From contig JACQSB010000017.1 in assembly GCA_016206175.1 (NCBI GenBank), positions 1 to 57,243 on the forward strand: DNA of 57,243 bases. Direction: 5' to 3'. Positions 37,015-46,282 of the stretch are shown piece after piece. The notes under the pieces are model-generated. The model saw nothing but the letters and a program-made list of their open reading frames with translations, made no database searches and had not been told where the DNA came from. Both the position numbers and the translations under genes were made by a program. Position 1 is the stretch's first letter; the number at the start of each line of letters is the position of its first letter. The DNA is from Candidatus Uhrbacteria bacterium (lineage in GTDB: Bacteria > Patescibacteriota > Patescibacteriia > JACQRZ01).

Positions 37015-38708
37015 TGAGCGACAGAGAATACTTCTTCGACCGACGTGATACCTTCTAAGGCACGAAGCAGACCATCTTGCACCATAGTAATCATGCCGTC
37101 TTTTACAGCTATCTCTTGCATCTTATATTCCGATACTTGTTCTGATAAGATCACCTGCTCAATCTCGGGATTCATAGTAAAAATCTCATACACTCCGATA
37201 CGACCCTTGTACCCAAGACCATTGCACGCACCGCACCCATCGGCTTTCCAGAAATGAAGATTGTTCATATCCACTGATACGCCTGATGCAGGCGTAATCG
37301 CAGAAAGATATTCCTTAACGCGATTGAAAGTATCGGTTTCGAGCACATCTTCTTTCTTGCATTCCTGGCAGAGGCGCCGCACAAGCCGCTGACCCATAAT
37401 TGCATTCAGCGCTGGAGCAAGTAAAAAACCTTTCACACCCATCGCCAAAAATCGCGGGATCGCTCCGGCGGCGCTATTGGTATGGATCGTGGAGAGCACC
37501 ATATGTCCTGTCAACGCCGCATTGATTGCAATGTCGGCAGTTTCAAGATCGCGGATCTCACCAACCATCACAATATCGGGGTCTTGACGCAAGATGGATC
37601 GTAATCCGTTTGCAAATGTATATCCGGCGGCTGAATCTATTTGGCTTTGGCTGATGCCGGTGAGTTTATACTCAACCGGATCTTCCAGCGTGATGATCTT
37701 GATGTCGGGAGTATTCAAATGATTGAGAATGGCGTACAGCGTCGTTGTTTTTCCGGATCCGGTCGGACCCGTGGTGATCACCATGCCGTTTGGTTTTTCG
37801 ATCTCGCGCATGAGCCGTTTGCTGTTATACTCGGCCATGCCCAATATTTTCAGATCAAGCCCTGATGACAGTGATTTTAAGAGACGCATCACCACGCTTT
37901 CCCCTTCGCTCGTCGGCAATGTTGATACGCGAACGTCAATTTCCGTATCTGCAAGCGAAATCGTAAAACGGCCATCTTGCGGCTTATCGGTGATGTTAAT
38001 CTTTAATCCGGCGAAGAGCTTCAGGCGGGAAATGATTTGTTTCCATATATCACGAGACAGGGTAGCGACGGTATGGAGAATGCCATCGATGCGGTAGCGA
38101 ACTTTGATTGCCTCCTTTTCGGCTTCAATATGAATATCAGACGCGCGCGCACCGATGGCAGAGGCAACGATGACCTTATAGAGGTCGGTAACGGATATGC
38201 CCTTCAGTTTTTCGTTTAAGGCGCGGATGTCGTGGTATTCTTCGCCCGAGTACGTTTCAAATTCTTTCTGGGTCAACGCAACGCCGGCGATTTCCTCAAT
38301 AACTTTTGGCAGTTGCGCATACAACTTCATGACGGAGTCAAAACTCGCCTCCGACATCAAGTAGCGGACGATTTTTACTTTTTGTTTTTCCTCCAACGAC
38401 GAAAGAAAGTCATCAATGCCGGAACGTGCGGGATCAGTTAAGGCAATCCAACGTTCGCCTGATTTCTCAAAAAAACAAACGGCTTGGTGCTTTTTCGCGT
38501 CTTGTTCGCTGATAAACTCAAGCGCGCCCGGAGATACGGGCTTGCCCGCCAGGCTGATAAAGGGGATGCCAAGGCCATATGCGCGCATCTGGGTTTCCTG
38601 CTCCTTTTGCTTCAGAGCAATTTCGCGCATCTTTTCGGCAAACTTTTCTTCCGCCCCTTTCGGGACGATTTTTTTTATGTGTTGCGGATCCTGCGATGAT
38701 GATGGCAT
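37011..38708 (-). CDS. pilB: GspE/PilB-family secretion or type IV pilus assembly ATPase
   Basis: 565 aa. Walker A GPTGSGKTTTLY, a GspII_E N-domain and a tetracysteine motif. Confidence 0.88.
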   Translation of the reverse strand: MPSSSQDPQHIKKIVPKGAEEKFAEKMREIALKQKEQETQMRAYGLGIPFISLAGKPVSPGALEFISEQDAKKHQAVCFFEKSGERWIALTDPARSGIDDFLSSLEEKQKVKIVRYLMSEASFDSVMKLYAQLPKVIEEIAGVALTQKEFETYSGEEYHDIRALNEKLKGISVTDLYKVIVASAIGARASDIHIEAEKEAIKVRYRIDGILHTVATLSRDIWKQIISRLKLFAGLKINITDKPQDGRFTISLADTEIDVRVSTLPTSEGESVVMRLLKSLSSGLDLKILGMAEYNSKRLMREIEKPNGMVITTGPTGSGKTTTLYAILNHLNTPDIKIITLEDPVEYKLTGISQSQIDSAAGYTFANGLRSILRQDPDIVMVGEIRDLETADIAINAALTGHMVLSTIHTNSAAGAIPRFLAMGVKGFLLAPALNAIMGQRLVRRLCQECKKEDVLETDTFNRVKEYLSAITPASGVSVDMNNLHFWKADGCGACNGLGYKGRIGVYEIFTMNPEIEQVILSEQVSEYKMQEIAVKDGMITMVQDGLLRALEGITSVEEVFSVAQ

Positions 38709-38742
38709 GGAGATACCATCTTAGTGGCTTAGACGTTGTACA

Positions 38743-40620
38743 CTATTCCGCTTTTTTTGTAGGTATGTCAATCTTTTTTTCTTTCGTGTCCTTGTCCTGC
38801 CCAACTTTTTCACCAAAGAGCCTTGCAAATTCATCGTGTTCGATTGTTTCCTTTTCCGTCAAGACTTTCACGATTTGCTCCAGTGTTTCGCGATGTTTTG
38901 TGATAATATCTTCTGCAGAATGAAATGCGTCTTTGATAAGCTTCGCGATTTCGGCATCAATCTCCTCTGCCGTTTTTTCGCTGTAGTCGCGCTGTTCGGT
39001 GATCTCTCTGCCGAGAAATATTAATTCTTCCCTTTGGCCGAAGGTCCGCTGTCCAAGATTCTCACTCATACCATACTGCATAATAAGCTTGCGGGCAAGC
39101 TGCGTCGCTTTCTTGAGGTCGTTGCTGGCGCCTGTTGTCACGTCTCCGAAGACGGTTTGTTCAGATACATACCCGCCAAGCAAAACTGCCAATTCACTCA
39201 AAAATTCTTTGCGGGCCCTAAAATGCTTGTCTTCTGTCGGCAAATTGAGTGTATAGCCGGCTGCCTGACCGCGAGATATCACCGACACCTTCTGCACCGC
39301 CGGCGCATCAGGCAAGACGTGCGAGACAAGCGCATGGCCGCCCTCATGGTAAGCAGTAATCTTTTTCTCTTTATCAGACATCACATGGCTTTTACGCTCC
39401 GGACCAAGAATGACTTTCTCGATACTGCTGAACAGATCGTTCATCGTCACTGTTTTTCTGTTTTCCCGTGCTGCCAAAATCGCTGCTTCGTTCATAAGGT
39501 TTGCAAGATCAGCGCCGGAAAAACCGGGGGTACGTTCTGCGATTTTACGGAGCGACACCTCTTCGGCAAGAGGTTTTTTCTTTGCATGCACCTTCAGGAT
39601 TGCTTCACGGTCATCAAGGCTTGGAAGATCGATCACAACGCGACGGTCAAAACGGCCGGGACGGAGTAATGCGGGATCGAGAATATCCGGACGGTTGGTC
39701 GCAGCGAGTACAACGATATTGACCGACGGATCAAATCCATCGAGTTCAACAAGGATCTGATTCAGCGTCTGCTCGCGTTCGTCATGCGACCCGCCTAAAC
39801 CGGCGCCTCGCTGGCGGCCTACCGCGTCGATTTCATCGATAAAGATGATGCAGGGAGCGCTCTTCTTAGCGCGCTGAAACGTATCTCGTACGCGGCTTGC
39901 ACCGACACCCACAAACATCTCAATAAACTCGGAACCGGATACATGGAAAAATGGCACATCAGCTTCGCCAGCGACTGCTTTTGCAAGAAGCGTTTTGCCA
40001 GTGCCTGGGGCGCCGACAAGCAAGGTGCCTTTCGGCACGCGGGCGCCGACAGAGGTAAATTTTTCCGGATTTTTGAGGAACTCGATTACTTCCGCAAGCT
40101 CTTCTTTTGCCTCTTTTGCGCCGGCAACGTCTGCAAAGGTTACTTTTTCTTTTGTCCCTTTTTCATACTGCCGCGCACGGCTTGCGCCAAACATCATGGC
40201 GCGATTGCTTGCGCCTTGCACTTGGCGGATCATAAGCCAGATAAAAAATGCCACAATCAAAAACGGTAGCACGAGTGTTAATGCGGTGTTAATCCAAAAC
40301 GAAGCCCTCGCATCAGCCACTTCGATAGGAGTTGTGCGCAAAAGCTCGGGGTCCACGCCGTAATTGCTCAACAAAGTACTCAATGACTCTGTCGGTTCTT
40401 TGTAGATAATGTGCTGGGTGTTGTCCGACAACGAAACAGTTATCGTATCGCCCTTCACTTGAATTTTTTGAGCTTTTTTTTCCGCGATATCGGAAACAAG
40501 CACTTCAATGCCGACTTCTTTTTTTTGCGGAAGATTCTGCGTCGTATAGAGGCTGAAAAATGCTCCCGCCGCAAAAAGCACGACAAGAAATATAAGGATG
40601 TTCTTTACTAATGGATTCAT
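38743..40620 (-). CDS. ftsH: ATP-dependent zinc metalloprotease FtsH
   Basis: 625 aa. Two TM segments, GPPGTGKT-like [13 protein letters not shown], an SRH region and the HEGGHAL zinc site. Confidence 0.95.
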   Translation of the reverse strand: MNPLVKNILIFLVVLFAAGAFFSLYTTQNLPQKKEVGIEVLVSDIAEKKAQKIQVKGDTITVSLSDNTQHIIYKEPTESLSTLLSNYGVDPELLRTTPIEVADARASFWINTALTLVLPFLIVAFFIWLMIRQVQGASNRAMMFGASRARQYEKGTKEKVTFADVAGAKEAKEELAEVIEFLKNPEKFTSVGARVPKGTLLVGAPGTGKTLLAKAVAGEADVPFFHVSGSEFIEMFVGVGASRVRDTFQRAKKSAPCIIFIDEIDAVGRQRGAGLGGSHDEREQTLNQILVELDGFDPSVNIVVLAATNRPDILDPALLRPGRFDRRVVIDLPSLDDREAILKVHAKKKPLAEEVSLRKIAERTPGFSGADLANLMNEAAILAARENRKTVTMNDLFSSIEKVILGPERKSHVMSDKEKKITAYHEGGHALVSHVLPDAPAVQKVSVISRGQAAGYTLNLPTEDKHFRARKEFLSELAVLLGGYVSEQTVFGDVTTGASNDLKKATQLARKLIMQYGMSENLGQRTFGQREELIFLGREITEQRDYSEKTAEEIDAEIAKLIKDAFHSAEDIITKHRETLEQIVKVLTEKETIEHDEFARLFGEKVGQDKDTKEKKIDIPTKKAE

Positions 40621-40642
40621 GGGCTGCTCTAAATGTTAGGTT

Positions 40643-40677
40643 GTCTCCCTCGAGGGTTTATGCCCATCGAGGGAGAC
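40643..40677. other. perfect 11-bp stem hairpin between rpsA and ftsH
   Basis: GTCTCCCTCGA...TCGAGGGAGAC with a 13-nt loop. No T-run on either strand. Confidence 0.5.
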
Positions 40678-40689
40678 TCTTAAATGCTG

Positions 40690-41913
40690 CTATACCTCAA
40701 GCTGATCTTGCCCTTTCTCTGATGAGTCTTGTGCGGATACCGCTGACTCATCAGTAGAATCTGTGGCAGTCGCATCAGAGGCATTTTGTGTTTCCGATTG
40801 ATCCTGTACGGGCACTGCTTTCTGGTGTAGAGCTTTGATGCTTAAGCCAAGGCGATGTTCTCTTGGCTCGATTGATATGATGCGAAACTCAACGTCATCC
40901 CCTGCTTTTGCAACTTCATTCGGATCAACGTTTTGCTTGGAAGAGAGCTCCGAAACGTGCGCAAGGCCGTGGATCTCCGGATCAAGTTCGACAAACAATC
41001 CAAAGGGGTTCACTTTTAACACCTTTCCTTTTACATTCTGCCCGACAGCGTAACGATTCCCTACATCAGTCCACGGGTCTTTGATCAGCTTTTTCATCGA
41101 AAGAAAAATCTTTGAACGTTCGATCTTGATGATCTCTGCTTTGATCTTTTGACCGGGGTGCACCACGTCGCGCGGATCATCAATGCGTTGCCATGCAAGC
41201 TCAGAGATATGCACTAAGCCTTCCAGTGAATCGCCAAACTGCACAAACGCGCCGAAATCCGTAATCACGGTGACAGTCCCTTCGATGGCATCACCTACTT
41301 TATAGCTCGAAATAATGTCTCGTTGCTGCTCTTCCCACGCCTCTTTCTCGGAAACAATCAATTTGTTTTCACTCTCATTCACATCGATCACTTTTACATC
41401 AAACATTTCGTTTACGTATTGGCGCAGTCTCTCTAAAATCTTATTTTTATCACCTCCCTGGATACGCGGATAATGTTCCGGGCATAATTGCGATACCGGC
41501 ATAAAGCCGTGCACCTTGCCGCATGTCACCATCAGACCCCCTTTATTCGCATCGATGATGCGCGCTTGCACGATATTGCCTGACTTCATTAACTCAATAA
41601 GGTGGTCCCAGGCTTTTTTGTGGCCCGCCGCGCGGAAGGAGAGCTCAAGTACCCCTTGCTCATTTTCCAAATCAAGAACAGTAGCGGCTACCGTGTCACC
41701 GACCGAAAGGTCGGAATACTCTCCCGATTCGTCAATCAATTCAAACCCACGAACAATACCGGTGGCAATGCCGCCGATATTGACGAGTACTTCGTTTTTG
41801 CTTGCTGATAATACGGTGCCTTCGACAAGGTCCCCGACTTTCGGCAACACTTGCGAGTACTGTTCGATCAGCTCTTTCATCTCATCTGTTATTGTGGTAT
41901 CTGTTGTCTGCAT
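40690..41913 (-). CDS. rpsA: 30S ribosomal protein S1 (four S1 domains)
   Basis: 407 aa. Repeated S1 OB motifs (G.V..V..FGAFV type) and an acidic C-terminal tail. Confidence 0.8.
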   Translation of the reverse strand: MQTTDTTITDEMKELIEQYSQVLPKVGDLVEGTVLSASKNEVLVNIGGIATGIVRGFELIDESGEYSDLSVGDTVAATVLDLENEQGVLELSFRAAGHKKAWDHLIELMKSGNIVQARIIDANKGGLMVTCGKVHGFMPVSQLCPEHYPRIQGGDKNKILERLRQYVNEMFDVKVIDVNESENKLIVSEKEAWEEQQRDIISSYKVGDAIEGTVTVITDFGAFVQFGDSLEGLVHISELAWQRIDDPRDVVHPGQKIKAEIIKIERSKIFLSMKKLIKDPWTDVGNRYAVGQNVKGKVLKVNPFGLFVELDPEIHGLAHVSELSSKQNVDPNEVAKAGDDVEFRIISIEPREHRLGLSIKALHQKAVPVQDQSETQNASDATATDSTDESAVSAQDSSEKGQDQLEV

Positions 41914-41966
41914 TGTCGTATCGTTATGAATTAAATTATGAATTAGTCAAAATAGGAATGTCGTTC

Positions 41967-43955
41967 TTACTTCGCTAGAAACATGGTGAGCAGAATTGCG
42001 ACAATGTTTACGATCTTAATCATGGGGTTCACTGCCGGACCAGCCGTATCTTTATACGGATCGCCGACAGTATCGCCCGTCACTGCGGCTTGATGGGCAG
42101 GCGAACCTTTTCCGCCGTAGTTTCCTTCTTCGATGTATTTCTTTGCGTTATCCCATGCTCCGCCGCCTGATGTCATGGAAATGGCGACGAATATGCCGGT
42201 GATAATACATCCTACAAGCATGCCGCCCAAAGCTGCGGGACCGAGCAAAAACCATACGGCAATCGGCGCGGCAATCGGGATCAACGATGGAATAATCATC
42301 TCACGGATCGCAGCGCTGGTGACGATATCTACTGCTCGAGCGTAGTCCGGTTTAGCAGTACCCTGCATAATGCCTGCGATCTCGCGAAATTGGCGGCGGA
42401 CTTCATCAACGACTTTCCCGCCGGTTTTGCCTACAGCCTCCATGCAGAGCGAAGCGAAGTAGTATGGAAGCAATCCGCCAATGAAAAGACCGACAAGCAC
42501 ATACGGATCATTGATCAGAAATGTCATTCCTTTTGGTAACGCATGAGTGTAGTCAGCAAAGAGTACGAGTGCTGCCAAAGCGGCGGAACCGATCGCATAT
42601 CCTTTTGTCACTGCCTTCGTCGTATTACCAACGGCATCGAGCGGATCAGTGACAGCCCGCACTTCTGCAGGGAGTTCTGACATTTCCGCAATTCCTCCGG
42701 CGTTATCAGTGATAGGACCGTATGAATCAATCGCAACGATGATCCCTGCCATGGAAAGCATCGCCATTGCTGCAACCGCAATGCCGTAGAGACCGGCAAG
42801 GCTGTATGCGCCAAGGATTGCTGCGCCGATCACGATGATCGGCAGACCGGTAGACTTCATCGATACGGCAAGACCGGTGATGATATTTGTCGCGTGTCCC
42901 GTTTGTGAACTTGCCGCAATGCTGCGTACAGGATTGTATTTTGTAGAAGTGTAATACTCGGTGATAATGACAAACAAAGCTGTCACGCCAAGACCGATCA
43001 GAGATGAAAAATATAACGCGCGGGTGTCATAGATTCCGTTGCCAGTCATCAAGTAGTCGGTTGCAAAATAAAACGCGACTGCTGAAAGCACACCGCTTGC
43101 AAACAAACCTTTGTACAAGGCTCCCATAATATTTTTTCCGCGGCCGAGGCGGATAAAGAAGCCGCCGAGTACTGACGTGACGATAGACAAACCGCCGAGT
43201 ACGAGAGGAAACAGCACTGCATTGTTAAATCCTGAAAAGGTATACGCTCCGAGTACCATGGTTGCAACTGCAGTGACGGCGTAGGTTTCAAAAAGGTCAG
43301 CTGCCATACCGGCGCAGTCGCCGACATTGTCGCCGACATTGTCTGCAATCACAGCCGGGTTTCGCGGATCGTCTTCCGGAATGCCCGCCTCCACTTTGCC
43401 GACGAGATCAGCGCCGACATCAGCCGCCTTGGTAAAAATACCGCCGCCGATACGGGCAAATACAGAAATCAAACTGCCGCCAAATCCAAGGCCAACCAAG
43501 TAGAGGACGTTGTTGGTAAGAGCATAAAATCCTGCGACGCCGAGCAATGCCAATCCGACAACGAGCAAACCGGTCACCATGCCGCCTCTCACTGCTACGG
43601 AAAGTGCACGCGGCAAACCGTGCTTTGCGGCTTCGGCTGTGCGCACATTGGCGCGCACAGAAACATACATGCCGATGTATCCGGCAAGCGCGGAAGAAAC
43701 AGCGCCAACCACAAAAGCAATACTCGTATACCAATCAATAAAAAACCCAATCAATAAAGCAACAGCGGCCGCGACGAATGCAATCGTACGATATTGGCGA
43801 TTAAGATACGCGCGCGCGCCTTCTTGAATGGACGACGCGATTGCCTGCATTTTTTCCGAACCTGCCGGCTCGCTCAATACACGACGGATCAAGAATAATC
43901 CGTAGACAATGGCAAGCGCAGCTGCTCCGAGTGAAAAAAGAAGAGATTGAGACAT
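41967..43955 (-). CDS. hppA: membrane-bound proton- or sodium-translocating pyrophosphatase
   Basis: 662 aa, polytopic. [21 protein letters not shown] and [11 protein letters not shown] motifs. Confidence 0.93.
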   Translation of the reverse strand: MSQSLLFSLGAAALAIVYGLFLIRRVLSEPAGSEKMQAIASSIQEGARAYLNRQYRTIAFVAAAVALLIGFFIDWYTSIAFVVGAVSSALAGYIGMYVSVRANVRTAEAAKHGLPRALSVAVRGGMVTGLLVVGLALLGVAGFYALTNNVLYLVGLGFGGSLISVFARIGGGIFTKAADVGADLVGKVEAGIPEDDPRNPAVIADNVGDNVGDCAGMAADLFETYAVTAVATMVLGAYTFSGFNNAVLFPLVLGGLSIVTSVLGGFFIRLGRGKNIMGALYKGLFASGVLSAVAFYFATDYLMTGNGIYDTRALYFSSLIGLGVTALFVIITEYYTSTKYNPVRSIAASSQTGHATNIITGLAVSMKSTGLPIIVIGAAILGAYSLAGLYGIAVAAMAMLSMAGIIVAIDSYGPITDNAGGIAEMSELPAEVRAVTDPLDAVGNTTKAVTKGYAIGSAALAALVLFADYTHALPKGMTFLINDPYVLVGLFIGGLLPYYFASLCMEAVGKTGGKVVDEVRRQFREIAGIMQGTAKPDYARAVDIVTSAAIREMIIPSLIPIAAPIAVWFLLGPAALGGMLVGCIITGIFVAISMTSGGGAWDNAKKYIEEGNYGGKGSPAHQAAVTGDTVGDPYKDTAGPAVNPMIKIVNIVAILLTMFLAK

Positions 43956-43990
43956 ACTTAGTTAGGGTTTAGGGTTTTTTAGGGGAGAGG

Positions 43991-45265
43991 TTATGACTCG
44001 TCCTGTTCTTCGTGCGTTGCTTCGCTGATTTCTTCTGCAGAGGCGTACTCCTGCCCGGATACTTGCTGTTCATCAGATGCTTCGGTTGTTGCCTCCACTT
44101 CCTTTGCTTGTTCGCCTTCAGTATCTTCTTCTGTTGATTGTCCTTTTTGTCCCCGAACTTCGATATTCCATCCGGTGAGCTGTGACGCGAGGCGCACGTT
44201 CTGGCCTAGTTTGCCGATAGCAAGAGAAAGCTGATCTTCTTCTACTAATACACGAGCAAGTTTTGCGCTTTCATCAAGTTCGATTGAAGTAACTTTCGCG
44301 GGCGAGAGGGCGTTGGCGATGTATTGTTTTGTATCTTCATCGTAAAGAATGAGATCAACTTTTTCTCCGCCCAACTCAGCAACAATAGTCTGGATGCGTC
44401 CGCCGCGCTGGCCGATGCACGACCCGATCGGATCGATCGCCTCTTGTGCGGAAAATACGGCAACTTTGGATCGGCTGCCTGCTTCACGGCTTACTCCTTT
44501 GATTTCGATAGCGCCGCTTGCGATCTCGGGAATCTCTGCTTCAAAAATCTTTTTCACCATTCCCGGATGCGCTCGCGAGACAATCATCTCGGGTCCTTTA
44601 ATGCTTGATTGTACAGAGACGACATAAACTTTCGCACGCTCGCCCGGCACATACCGCTCGCGAGGTATCTGTTCGGAAATCGGCATGATGGCGGTCACCT
44701 TGCCAAAATCAACCAATACGCGATGTTCCTCGCGGCGCTGGACAATACCGATAACAATCGTGTCTTCTTTTGATTTGAATTGATCGTAAATCAGCGCGCG
44801 CTCTGCTTCACGGTCTTTCTGTATCAATACTTGTTTTGCTGTCTGCGCCGCCATGCGGCCAAATGAATCAAAATCAACAGGCGGGAGTTTCGTGCGAATC
44901 TCATCTCCAAGTTCAGCATCTTCTTTTATTTTGCGCGCTTCGCTGATCATGATATCTGTCTTTGGATTGAAACGAGGTTTGCCGTCTGTCTCACCTTCTT
45001 CCTCCAGGGCTTCCGACACTTCCTCCTCTTCTTCGCTTGCTTGTAGTTCTTCTTCCGTATAGTCGGAAACAACGGTTTTTATGTCAAAGACGTTGAATGT
45101 ACCTTGCTTGAGGTCAAATTCCACCTTGATATTTTCATTCTTTTTGCCGAAATCTTTCCGGTAAGCAGCAGCAAGCGCCGCTTCGAGCCCTTCGACGACC
45201 TGCTCTTGCGGGATGCCTTTTTCATCGCTGATTTGCTTGATCGCCGATGCGATTGGATTGTTCAT
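43991..45265 (-). CDS. nusA: transcription termination/antitermination factor NusA, with acidic insert and tail
   Basis: I chose the ATG at 45265; the track start at 45271 is a GTG. S1 and KH domain motifs are present (CIGQRGGRIQ, AIGKLGQNVRLA). Confidence 0.88.
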   Translation of the reverse strand: MNNPIASAIKQISDEKGIPQEQVVEGLEAALAAAYRKDFGKKNENIKVEFDLKQGTFNVFDIKTVVSDYTEEELQASEEEEEVSEALEEEGETDGKPRFNPKTDIMISEARKIKEDAELGDEIRTKLPPVDFDSFGRMAAQTAKQVLIQKDREAERALIYDQFKSKEDTIVIGIVQRREEHRVLVDFGKVTAIMPISEQIPRERYVPGERAKVYVVSVQSSIKGPEMIVSRAHPGMVKKIFEAEIPEIASGAIEIKGVSREAGSRSKVAVFSAQEAIDPIGSCIGQRGGRIQTIVAELGGEKVDLILYDEDTKQYIANALSPAKVTSIELDESAKLARVLVEEDQLSLAIGKLGQNVRLASQLTGWNIEVRGQKGQSTEEDTEGEQAKEVEATTEASDEQQVSGQEYASAEEISEATHEEQDES

Positions 45266-45323
45266 AAGCACTATATGAAAAATGGATAGTATACTATATC
45301 AGTAACTATCCTTATATTCCGGC

Positions 45324-45352
45324 AGTATATAATAAAGAAGGAAAGAAGTCAA
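45324..45352 (-). promoter_or_regulatory. candidate sigma-70 promoter for nusA
   Basis: On the minus strand: TTGACT-17 nt-TATACT. Confidence 0.6.
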
Positions 45353-45361
45353 GAGTCGCGG

Positions 45362-45398
45362 TAAGAAAAGAAATCCCGCCGGTATGGAAGCCAGCGGG
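45362..45398 (-). terminator. rho-independent terminator of the GC-rich secreted-protein gene
   Basis: On the minus strand: CCCGCTGG-loop-CCGGCGGG followed by ATTTCTTTTCTT. Confidence 0.65.
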
Positions 45399-45448
45399 CA
45401 ATGAAATTGTTTGAATACCCCGAGCGTGTAGCTGCTGGCGGGGTAGGC

Positions 45449-46174
45449 CTACCGCCGTGCCAAGTCCTCGAGCTTGCGGGCTTCCGCTTGCGAGAGGCCG
45501 AGCTTGGCCGGCTCGATGGCTTCTTCGGCGAGGAAGCGCCACAGCACACCGGCAGCGTCACACCAGCCGCCTTTCACCTCGACCAGCCACCGCTTCTTCA
45601 GCGCGGGCGCGATGGAGGCTGCGTAGCTCTCGATCGCCTTGCGGATCTCGGCCCTACCGGCGATCGCCGGATCCGGACTATCTTCCGACAACTTGGCGTC
45701 CTTCAGGTGATACCGGAGAGTGTAGGCGACATCGCCCTTGTTCTCCATATGGATCGACTGCAGGAACCAGCCACCTTCCGTCTCTTCGCGGTACTCGCAC
45801 CGCGAGGGGAAGTAAATCCCGCCGCGAAGACGGCGCGTGAGCTCGCGAGCGAGCGCCTTGGCAGACTGGGCCCACACCATTTCGAGTCGGCCCTCACTGA
45901 ATTCGTACCAGCCGATTTTCGCCACGACGATGATGTTGGAAGCAGCGAAGCGCTGCTGCACGAACGCCGACGTGGCGTAGATCTTATGCAGTTCGCATAC
46001 GCGGTGCTCGGCCTCGAGCCGCTCGACGTCGGCGTCGCGGATTACTTTCACAAACTTACCCGACAAAAGTCGGGCCGTCCGGGTTGCTGGACTGGACGTC
46101 TCAGCTGCGGAAGTCGCGACAGGCGCAACCATGACCAGAGCCGCCACGATTACGGCAATAAATCGAGTATTCAT
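45449..46174 (-). CDS. secreted hypothetical protein encoded by an unusually GC-rich gene
   Basis: 241 aa from the ATG at 46174, preceded by AGGAGG. Signal peptide MNTRFIAVIVAALVMVAPVATSAAE. Codon third positions are mostly G/C, unlike neighbouring genes. Confidence 0.65.
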   Translation of the reverse strand: MNTRFIAVIVAALVMVAPVATSAAETSSPATRTARLLSGKFVKVIRDADVERLEAEHRVCELHKIYATSAFVQQRFAASNIIVVAKIGWYEFSEGRLEMVWAQSAKALARELTRRLRGGIYFPSRCEYREETEGGWFLQSIHMENKGDVAYTLRYHLKDAKLSEDSPDPAIAGRAEIRKAIESYAASIAPALKKRWLVEVKGGWCDAAGVLWRFLAEEAIEPAKLGLSQAEARKLEDLARR

Positions 46175-46218
46175 GCTTCCTCCTAGAAAAACGTCAAGGT
46201 CCGATACTTTGGAGGAAG

Positions 46219-46248
46219 AACATAGCACTCATATATACTGATTGTCAA
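46219..46248 (-). promoter_or_regulatory. candidate promoter for the secreted-protein gene
   Basis: On the minus strand: TTGACA-18 nt-TATGTT. Confidence 0.45.
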
Positions 46249-46250
46249 TA

Positions 46251-46282
46251 GTAAATAAAGAAGCCGTGCACGGCGCACGGCT
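46251..46282 (-). terminator. rho-independent terminator of the sigma-like gene
   Basis: AGCCGTGC-loop-GCACGGCT hairpin overlapping the stop codon, followed by TCTTTATTTAC on the minus strand. Confidence 0.7.

Noticed and set aside
45401-46186. A 261-aa plus-strand ORF almost exactly antisense to the secreted-protein gene.
   Set aside because: Its composition is Arg/Gly/Leu/Pro-rich, typical of a shadow frame in GC-rich DNA. The minus-strand frame has G/C-biased third positions, an AGGAGG SD, a signal peptide, a promoter and a terminator.
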